The notes under the pieces: generated by a model
Databases searched by the model: none
What the model saw: only the letters and a program-made list of their open reading frames with translations
What the model was told of the DNA's origin: nothing
In this document: positions 1-10,356 of the stretch, piece after piece
How positions within the stretch are numbered: position 1 is the stretch's first letter
Layout: each line of letters opens with the position of its first letter
Translations under genes and position numbers: made by a program
From: Ranitomeya imitator
Lineage: Eukaryota
Direction: 5' to 3'
Assembly: GCF_032444005.1 (NCBI RefSeq)
Contig: NW_027193546.1
Coordinates: 372,001 to 436,000, forward strand
DNA length: 64,000 nucleotides

Positions 1-1453
1 CTGCGGGGAGGAGGTGGTGGCACTGATCATACAGCTCTGCGGGGAGGAGGAGGTGGCACTGATCATACAGCTCTGCGGGGAGGAGGTGGTGGCACTGATC
101 ATACAGCTCTGCTGGGAGGAGGTGGTGGCACTGATCATACAGCTCTGCGGGGTGGAGGTGATTTATCTGATCATACAGCTCTGCAGGGAGGAGTAGGTGG
201 TGGCACTGATGATACAGCTCTGCGGGGAGGAGGTGGTGGCACTGATCATACAGCTCTGCGGGGAGGAGGTGGTGGCACTGATCATACAGCTCTGCGGGGA
301 GGAGGTGGTGGCACTGATCATACAGCTCTGCGGGGAGGAGGTGGTGGCACTGATCGTACAGCTCTGCGGGGAGGAGGTGGTGGCACTGATCATACAGCTC
401 TGCAGGGAGGAGGTGGTGGCACTGATCATACAGCTCTGCGGGGAGAAGGTGTTGGCACTGATCATACAGCTCTCCGGGGAGGAGGTGATTTCTCTGATCA
501 TACAGCTCTGCAGGGAGGATGAGGTTATGGCTCTGATCATACAGGTCTGAGGGGAGTAGGTGGTGGCTCTGATCATACAGCTCTGCGGGGAGAGGGTGGT
601 GGCACTGATCATACAGCTCTGCGGGGAGGAGGTGATGGCTCTGATCCTACAGCTCTGCGGGGAGAATGTGGTGGCTCTGATCATACAGCTCTGCGGGGAG
701 AAGGTGGTGGCACTGATCATACGGCTCTCCGGGGAGGAGGTGATTTCTCTGATCATACAGCTCTGCAGGGAGGAGGTGGTGGCTCTGATCATACAGCTCT
801 GCGGAGAGGAGGTGGTGGCTCTGATCATGCAGCTCTGCCGGGAGGAGGTGGTGGCACTTATCATACAGCTGTGCGGGGAGGAGGTGGTGGCACTGATCAT
901 ACAGCTCTGCGGGGAGGAGGTGGTGGTACTGATCATACAGCTGTGCGGGGAGGAGGTGATTTCTCTGATCATACAGCTCTGCAGGGAGGAGGTGGTGGTA
1001 CTGATCATACAGCTCTGCGGGGGAGAAGGTGGTGGCACTGATCATACAGCTCTGCGGGGTGGAGGTGATTTCTCTGATCATACAGCTCTGCAGGGAGGAG
1101 TAGGTGGTGGCACTGATGATACAGCTCTGCGGGGAGGAGGTGGTGGCACTGATCATACAGCTCTGCGGGGAGGAGGAGGTGGCACTGATCATACAGCTCT
1201 GCGGGGAGGAGGTGGTGGCACTGATCATACAGCTCTGCTGGGAGGAGGTGGTGGCACTGATCATACAGCTCTGCGGGGTGGAGGTGATTTCTCTGATCAT
1301 ACAGCTCTGCAGGGAGGAGTAGGTGGTGGCACTGATGATACAGCTCTGCGGGGAGGAGGTGGTGGCACTGATCATACAGCTCTGCGGGGAGGAGGAGGTG
1401 GCACTGATCATACAGCTCTGCGGGGAGGAGGTGGTGGCTCTGATCATACAGCT
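1..1453. repeat. 36-bp tandem satellite (array runs off the left window edge)
   Basis: Consensus CTCTGCGGGGAGGAGGTGGTGGCACTGATCATACAG repeated with variants; ends abruptly at ...tgatcatacagct|ccacattctcgg. Confidence 0.98.
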
Positions 1454-2396
1454 CCACATTCTCGGAACTTCTACATGTGGGCAAAACAGAATTCATTGTC
1501 TTTCCCACATCACACGCAACCCCCCAACGAACCTATCCATTACAGGAAACGGCTGCCCACTCTCCTCAGTCCAATTTCGCTGCCTCGGGGTAATCCTTGA
1601 CACTCATCTCTCCTTCAAACCTCATATCCAAGCCCTTTCCACTTCCTGCCGCCTTCAACTCAAAATATTTTAAGGATCTGTAGATTTCTAAACCAAGAAT
1701 CTGCAAAAACCCTAGTCTATGCCCTCATCATCTCCCGCCTGGACTACTGTAACCTCCTGCTCTGTGGCCTCCCCTCTAACACTCTCGCACCCCTCCTATC
1801 TATTCTAAACTCTCCTGCCCGACTAACCAACCTGTCCCCCGCTATTCCCCGGCCTCTCCCCTCTGTCAATCCCTTCACTGGCTCCCCATTACCCAGAGAC
1901 TCCAGTACAAAAGCCTAACCATGACATACAAAGCCATCCACAAAATGTCTCCTTTATACATCTGTGACCTCCTCTCCCGGTACTTTCCTGCAACCTCCGA
2001 TCCTCACAAGATCTCCTTCTCTACTCCCCTCTTATCTCCTCTTCCCACAATAGCATACAAGATTTCTCCTGCGCATCACCCCTACTCTGGAACCCTCTAC
2101 CACAACACATCAGACTCTCACCTACCATGGAAACCTTCAAAAAGAGCCTAAAGACCCACCTCTTCCGACAAGCCTACAACCTGCAGTAACCACCACTGAT
2201 CGACCAGCTCTACCTTCACCTACTGTATCCTCATCCATCCATTGTAGATTGCGAGCCCTCGTGGGCAGGGTCCTCTCTCCTCCTGTACCAGTTATGACTT
2301 GTATTGTTCAAGATCATTGTACCTGTTATTATGTATACCCCTCCTCACATGTAAAGCGCCATGGAATAAATGGCGCTATAATAATAAATAATAATA
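1452..2396 (+). mobile_element. 5'-truncated, degenerate L2/CR1-clade LINE 3' fragment
   Basis: Frameshifted RT C-terminal motifs (RCLGVILDTHLSFKPHI, ISRLDYCN, SLHWLP, LWNPL, KTHLFRQAY across frames), ending in a (TAA)n-like tail at about 2378-2396. Confidence 0.8.
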
Positions 2397-3046
2397 TTGC
2401 CCGAGAGCCGCCAGTCCTGACACTAGATGAAGCGGGGGAGGAAAAGTGATAGAACAGAAGGACGATCAGTAACTGAGCAGGGATCCTGTGAGGAGGATGT
2501 GACGGCCGATAATGTAACTGCCTGACCTGTGAGATCCTGACACCACAGGGTAATGTTCTGAGCAGGGACACTCCGCAATCTTCTACACATGATCCTACAT
2601 TTCCCATCACAGACCTCCTGCCTGCAGCCGTAGGACTGATCTGTAATGGGGAGACATGGTGGGATCTGCTGGGAAGGGCAGAATTGGTCTTCCCTGAAAT
2701 GTCTCTTGTAGGATATGTCCCTGACCAGTATATCGTCTCCACAATACGGATTGTGACGGGAAAGGGACGATCTGATCGTCTCCAGGTCAGACACACGGGA
2801 ACATCACAGCATGTGGAGAACACGAATCATTCTCTATATCCATGAGAGGAAACCGGAGCGGATACAGCGCCGCTAACCTGGAAATCTGCAGATTCCTGTG
2901 TGGGATGTAAGAGACCAATGATCGCTCAACACAAGCAGATTTCCCGATATCGGTCCTGGGACCAGGTGTTATATGAAGACAAAAGACGGAAAAAAGCGGG
3001 AACCGTAAACGTGTTACCATTGGAAACATTAGCTCCTCCCTCTGCT

Positions 3047-3088
3047 GATTGGCTGAACACAGGACGGTTGGGGGTTTGAATTTCCCGC
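3047..3088. promoter_or_regulatory. CCAAT + MYB-like + CHR (TTTGAA) + E2F (TTTCCCGC) composite module
   Basis: gattgg 3047, cggttg 3065, tttgaa 3075, tttcccgc 3081; similar modules recur elsewhere in the unit. Function is inferred. Confidence 0.45.
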
Positions 3089-3424
3089 CGCTTCTAAATG
3101 TAATGACGTCACTTACACTGTAAAAAGAATCCAGATTAGGCTCTAGATCAACTCCACCACAAATGGCTCCTGTTACCTGAGAAACGAGAGTAATGAACTA
3201 ATAAACGAGACCCCAGAATGCCGAGATCTGTGCAGCAAGGAGTTAAATAAGAAGTCCCTGAATACACATCAACTCGCTGAGCAATGCCCAGATTATTCCT
3301 GAGATTTTCTCACCATCTCCCTCGTCACCAGGCGCAGAGCCCCGGGCGGAGCGAGCAGACACCTCGGGAAGACGGGAGAGGACACCGGAGCAGTGTGGGT
3401 GGCTCTTATAGTGAGGGTGTGGGT

Positions 3425-3440
3425 GGCTCTTAGAAGAGCC
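3425..3440 (-). terminator. Histone 3' stem-loop of H2B
   Basis: Minus strand GGCTCT-TCTA-AGAGCC followed by ACCCA. Confidence 0.93.
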
Positions 3441-3470
3441 TTTGGGGTGAGGAGCGGAGCACGGANNNNN

Positions 3471-3869
<399 letters not shown>

Positions 3870-3919
3870 TCAGCACAAGTGAGAAGAATAATGATCCTGC
3901 GCCTCCAAGAGCGGCGGAA

Positions 3920-4022
3920 TTTATAGCCCGGCCATGCAGATGAGCACTGCTGTCAGACCGCCGTTCTATTGGGTGATGAAGTCATGTGACCAACGAGAAC
4001 GTTAGACCACTGCAGCTGATTG
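3920..4022 (-). promoter_or_regulatory. H2B promoter: TATA, octamer-like element, CCAAT boxes
   Basis: Minus strand TATAAA (3920-3925) with adjacent ATCTGCAT (one mismatch to the H2B octamer ATTTGCAT, 3934-3941); ATTGG boxes near 3969 and 4019. Confidence 0.7.
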
Positions 4023-4653
4023 GTGGTTTCCCAAATCATTGCTTCATCTTTGCAGCGGGGATGCTGTATAGCGATGTAAAACCCTGTATAATGCTCTATA
4101 CATCTAAATAGTGCTGTGAAGCTCCATATACCGCAGTGCACCCTCATACAGCGCTGTATGTGTTCATGTTCTATTTACCCTTCATAGTGCTGTTATTCAT
4201 CTGAATAGTGCAGAGTACCCCCATATACTGCAACCTACTGACAAATGACTGTGCCACATTATGCAGGCAGTTACAGTACAGCGCCCGACATGTTACACTC
4301 CGTATAGTGCAGTAATATCTCCAGATGGTGCTGGAAACCCCAGCTAGTCAGCTGTGCCAGGACTGCAAACCCTGTGAATTCAGTGAGATGTTTCGGTAGT
4401 AGCCGCACCCAGTTTTCTAGGAAGAGCCGGCTTCCCTCAGGAGCTGTGTCCCCTGTATAAACTGCACTTATCCCTCCTGTGTGTGATCTCAGTAACATGA
4501 AGCCGGATCAGTCACTTCAGCCACGAATCTCTGCTCTGTGGTGACCGCAGTACAGTGGAGCACGGATCGTGTATAGTGACCTCTATATACCGCCTGGTGC
4601 AGTGTGAACCATCAGTGTGATCAGCGGTGCGGCTCTTAGGAGGAGGATGTGGG

Positions 4654-4669
4654 GGCTCTTAGAAGAGCC
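4654..4669 (-). terminator. Orphan histone-type 3' stem-loop
   Basis: Minus strand CAAAGGCTCT-TCTA-AGAGCC-CCCACA with a downstream TAAGAGCC; no histone ORF upstream. Confidence 0.8.
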
Positions 4670-6278
4670 TTTGAGTGTGTGGACAGATGTGGAGGAGCGG
4701 AGTTTACAGTCCTGGCACAGCAGACTAGCCGCTTCCTGGATCTACGAGGAAACGGCCATTATCTGTCCCAATCACTGCACAAAGTCCTCCTTCAATAAGG
4801 GCTAATTTCCAGCTATCTGCAGATTATTCCGAGGCTGAGTTCTGCGAGCGACACTCAATTTGCACTGACAGTCTGGCGGGTGAGGGGTCAATCCCTGTCA
4901 GTGTTTCTCCTCCGCTCCATCTGCACAGGAGGCGGCTCCTCACTCACCCGCGTATTATCCTGTGCAGATCCCCTGTGGTGTCCGCGCTGATCCTATCACA
5001 GCCTGACTGAGACAAGTCTCCTATGTTCTGCCCGGAGCCTGATGTGACGCTGCCGGGTCTCGGGTGGGGGAAGTCGCCGCTTCTATAAAGCGAGTGAGTA
5101 GTGGGGGTCAGCACACACGGACACTAAGGAGTTAATGGGGGCGGATGTTCCTGTATCTGGGATTGGTCGGCGCCTGTGGATGTCTCTCGCTCATTGGCTG
5201 ATTACAGATCCGTTGCTGGTTTTGAATTTCCCGCTCAATCGCTTTTCTTTGTCCGTCGGATTATTACCGGCCCCTCTGCTGGAGCGGCGATCGCTGTGTA
5301 TACCGGTGGGAGCAGCTCTACCCCGCTGATAATACCGGGTCCTGTCCTCCCAACTGTCTGCCCCCAAACACGGGGATCAGTCGCCATTATTATTCTGAGG
5401 AGGTTATAATAGTCTTCAGAGGCGACATCCATCCGACACATTAGTGTCCAGGACTTGGTCATCACACAGGAGCCTCCGTACCCGGTACACAGGGCGTCCA
5501 TCTATCCAGCTGCCTCTTACAGCCACATTCCCTGTACACGGATCTGATCAGGAAATTATCACTGCGGCCCAGTGCGGATATATATCCCCCATGAATCCAT
5601 GTTATCTTTGTAGGTCAATGAGAAGAAACCGCATCACCCGAAGTCCGCGGTGAAAGACGGGGGAGCAGACACGGCCCCAGTATGTCAGGACCCGGGAGCA
5701 TACAACTAGCACGTCCCAGGCTGAGGCCGGTACTACAGGCAGCCGCACAGGGGATATTTTGCCCTGCAGAGACGCTGAGCCGGATACTAATCAATCAGCG
5801 CCCAATAAGAACAGGATCTTAAATGTCTAGACAGAATATTAACCTACATTTGGAAACCGCCCGGAACACCCCCTGATTAGAGCTGTAGAGAGATCTGCTT
5901 CCAATAAGCCTTTCCACGTCAGGATATCCTTCGGAAACTGAATGTGTGGGAATATGGTTAAAGAGACCCTACTCCCAGATCATACACACACGGAATCCGT
6001 CGGGTACAAAACAGGATTTGCAAATAGGTCTCACAACCAAAAGCAGCGACAGAACCATCCGCCCAAAAACGGCATCAGAGGACGTTACCGAACTGCGGAT
6101 CAGGGTCAGAATTACCATTCCCCACAATTATTTGGCCGATGGTAGTTTTCGACTATTCAGTATTCGGAGCGTAAATTCGGCACCGATGAGTGTTCTACTA
6201 ACATTACAGCGACATCACCACAGCAGAGAAATGAGATCCTAGCAGTCAGGTGCAGCCTCTCACTTAGAAGATGTGGGT

Positions 6279-6294
6279 GGCTCTGAAAAGAGCC
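6279..6294 (-). terminator. Histone 3' stem-loop of H4
   Basis: GGCTCT-TTTC-AGAGCC-ACCCA on the minus strand, with purine-rich AAGTGAGAGGCTG downstream. Confidence 0.95.
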
Positions 6295-6324
6295 TTTGGG
6301 TTGTGAAGACAGAAGAGAACACAA

Positions 6325-6645
<321 letters not shown>

Positions 6646-6687
6646 TTAATGAGCAAAAACTGATTCCTGAGCCTCAGGGACTGCACC

Positions 6688-6830
6688 TTTATATGGAGGG
6701 AGAATGGACCAGAGAGAGAACTGCAGAGATGACGCACTTCCGGGACGGGGCTTACAGAATCTACATTAGCTCCTCCCTTTCTCTGCTGATTGGCTAAATA
6801 CTAAACTGTAGGGAAGTTTGATTTTCCAGC
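6688..6830 (-). promoter_or_regulatory. H4 promoter (TATA, TCTGGTCC H4 element, CCAAT, degenerate CHR/E2F)
   Basis: TATAAA 6688-6693; TCTGGTCC (HINFP/site II-like) 6706-6713; gattgg 6788. Confidence 0.65.
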
Positions 6831-6957
6831 TCATTGCTCAGTTTCTGCAATTATCTTTCCAGCTTCTATTATGTGTAATTTCCTTCCCTTATGATTGAGG
6901 GTATCCTAAATATTGTCATTACTGTTCCAGATCATGGTGGATCATATCTTCCACAAC

Positions 6958-7145
6958 AGATGATGCCCCCAGTTACCCTCCACACAGTATGATGCCTCCT
7001 ACACAGTAAGATACCCACACAGCAGGATGTCCCCACAGTTACTGTGTGGGGGTATAATACCCCCAGTAACTCCCCAAACAGTATGATGCCCTAAGTCCCC
7101 CCCACACACACACACACTTTGATGCACCCACAGTTATCCCCTATA
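6958..7145. repeat. Degenerate short tandem repeat (cacagtatgatgcc-like)
   Basis: Several imperfect copies of ccacacagtatgatgccc. Confidence 0.45.
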
Positions 7146-7149
7146 CAAT

Positions 7150-7664
7150 GTAACACAGTAACATAGTTAGTAAGGCCGAAAAAATACATTTGTCCTTCCA
7201 GTTCAGCCTATATTCCATCATAATAAATCCCCAGATCTACGTCCTTCTACAGAACCTAATAATTGTATGATACAATATTGTTCTGCTCCAGGAAGACATC
7301 CAGGCCTCTCTTGAACCCCTCGACTGAGTTCGCCATCACCACCTCCTCAGGCAAGCAATTCCAGATTCTCACTGCCCTAACAGTAAAGAATCCTCTTCTA
7401 TGTTGGTGGAAAAACCTTCTCTCTTCCAGACCCAAAGAATGCCCCCTTGTGCCCGTCACCTTCCTTGGTATAAACAGATCCTCAGCGAGATATTTGTATT
7501 GTCCCCTTATATACTTATACATGGTTATTAGATCGCCCCGTCTTTTTTCTAGACTAAATAATCCTAATTTCGCTAACCTATCTGGGTATTGTAGTTCTCC
7601 CATTCCCTTTATTAATTTTGTTGGCCTCCTTTGTACTCTCTCTAGTTCCATTATATCCTTCCTG
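7150..7664 (-). mobile_element. 5'-truncated CR1 3' fragment, same family as the long copies
   Basis: Near-identical to 10249-10770, including the gtaacatagttagtaaggccg tail; encodes ...FLEQNNIVSYNY. Confidence 0.92.
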
Positions 7665-8089
7665 TGGATGTGATACCCCCAGAGCGTCCCAACCTCAGCG
7701 TAATGCAATGATAGACATTTGTTCATTTTCTGATGAAGAACTTCCATAAATGGAGATTTGGAAGGACGAAAGAAGCAAGTGAAATTAGAAGAGATTTCCC
7801 ATCATTTAATCACCAGATGATGGTACTTCATTTATGCCGTTACCTCATGTACCAATTACAACCCAGAAAGACATTTTATGCATTTTTTTTTATATAAAAT
7901 ATCATGCTTTAATGCAAAATTACAGGAACCTGCTCATAATTGTAAAGTACAAATTAGTTTGTTGGTGTTTTTTTTTAATTCATTGCTTTAATGTAAAAAC
8001 TGTACAGGCAGCAAGAGGGTTAAACACCAGTGTAACTGAAAAATAATCCTTACTACATCGCCCTCTATAGTGCCAGAGGCATTTCCCTT

Positions 8090-8500
8090 ATACATTCGAG
8101 TATAATCTGAGATTTGCAGCCATTTTTTTTAGGCTGAAAGTGCCCCTCTCGTCTTATACTGGAGTCATTGTACCAGGGGGTCGGCGGCTGGCACATCATA
8201 CTCACCTCATACTGGCGCGGTCTCTGCTTCTCAGATAGTCTCTGGCGCCTGCATCTCTTCCTGTAATGAGTGGTACCACGTGACCACTAAACAAAGTAAT
8301 GAATACATACGTGGCTCCACTCCCACAGGCGTGGAGCGCATATTCATTACTTTAATGAGCGGTACCATGACGAACACAGGAACAAGTTGCTGGCACCAGA
8401 GACCATCGGAGAAGCAGGGACTTGCAGAGACGCTGCCAGGAGGGTGAGTATGACGGGGGAGGGTGAGCCATGCATATTCACCTGTTCCGACGCGTATCCG
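8090..8500. mobile_element. Possible non-autonomous DNA-transposon (MITE-like) fragment
   Basis: cgagtataa/ttatactgg inverted motifs and an internal hairpin taatgaata...ctccac/gtggag...tattcatta (8297-8349); family not identified. Confidence 0.3.
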
Positions 8501-9245
8501 GGGGAGATTGCTAGTAGAAATTTTGTAATTAGCTCCTATCTCCTCCCTTTCGTCTGATTGGTTGAGCACAGAACGGTTGGAGATTTTGAATTTTCCACTT
8601 ATTGTGCTCTTCTTTTCCCGCTTCTCTATTCTTCTCATCTCAGCGTCGCTTAGATCTGTTGGTTATTTTGATTTTTACTTCCGTTGTAGTTTCGGTTGTT
8701 ATTTTCCAGCTTGTTATAAAGTAGAATAAAAAATACATTTTAAGGACACTGATCTACAGATAACTCATCTGATCCCCGGCAGTCACTCATCATTACACGT
8801 GGTGCCCGACTGGTGGCCATTACCGGTCACTGCAGAGCAGGGAGCTGTATGTAACCAGACCCCCGGCGGCACCAGCCACAGATAAGATGAGAAAACTCAA
8901 ATATATGATAATTACAACCTAAAGCCGCAAGACTGCAGAGGCGGCACTAGGACCCCATTTACGTCTGCGCTGTACAGAAACCGCGCCTCCACCACCAAAG
9001 ACCCGGGCTGTGCACAGCGCACACTTTACCCTGTCCTTATAAAACGTCAGTCATGTAATTGATGTCGCACTTTTGGACTTGGTGAGAATAAAGGATGCGC
9101 GGAGCGGTAACTGGAATATCGCGGATCACCTACAATATCGGACACAGCAGCCGGCTATTACCTTTCCTGACCGCGCTCCGTATATGGAGAATACGCGCAG
9201 AAGAGAAACCGTTCAGGACTCGGCTCATTTGTGGGAGGATTTGGT

Positions 9246-9261
9246 GGCTCTGAAAAGAGCC
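9246..9261 (-). terminator. Histone 3' stem-loop of H3
   Basis: GGCTCT-TTTC-AGAGCC-ACCAA on the minus strand. Confidence 0.95.
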
Positions 9262-9290
9262 TTTGTGTTGTGGTCGCAGCCGGGGCAGAT

Positions 9291-9938
<648 letters not shown>

Positions 9939-10109
9939 TCAGATCACTCATTTGCCGCTGCTGGAGCAGCTGATGTATCTGCGTTGAAATGTCCCCGTGT
10001 ATAGCGCTGTACAGTGCAGCTCCCACATTATCGTCAGATCACACAAACCCCCCATCCTGAGACTGCGCCCAGCATCAGTTATATTAAAAACATTACAAGT
10101 AGGAAAACC

Positions 10110-10248
10110 GATCATACAGCTCTGCGGGGAGGAGGTGGTGGCACTGATCATACAGCTCTGCGGGGGAGAAGGTGGTGGCACTGATCATACAGCTCTGCGG
10201 GGTGGAGGTGATTTCTCTGATCATACAGCTCTGCAGGGAGGAGTAGGT
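10110..10248. repeat. 36-bp satellite, about 4 units (left end of the array split by CR1 copy 1)
   Basis: gatcatacagctctgcgggg units directly abutting the CR1 tail. Confidence 0.95.
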
Positions 10249-10356
10249 AACATAGTTAGTAACATAGTTAGTAAGGCCGAAAATAGACATTTGTCCATCC
10301 AGTTCAGCCTATATTCCATCATAATAAATACCCAGATCTACGTCCTTCTACAGAAC

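Noticed and set aside
2421-2450. agatgaagcgggggagg resembling a hammerhead 5' core
   Set aside because: No closing stem II and no GAAA strand follows.
2329-2823. ORFs MSDLETIRSS... and MFSTCCDV... downstream of a promoter-like module
   Set aside because: Both begin at GTG, the nearest ATG gives a two-codon ORF, and I recognise no protein family.
8040-8087. About 47-bp sequence repeated in inverted form at about 54735-54780
   Set aside because: Short dispersed repeat about 46 kb apart with no target duplication; cannot be supported as the termini of one element.
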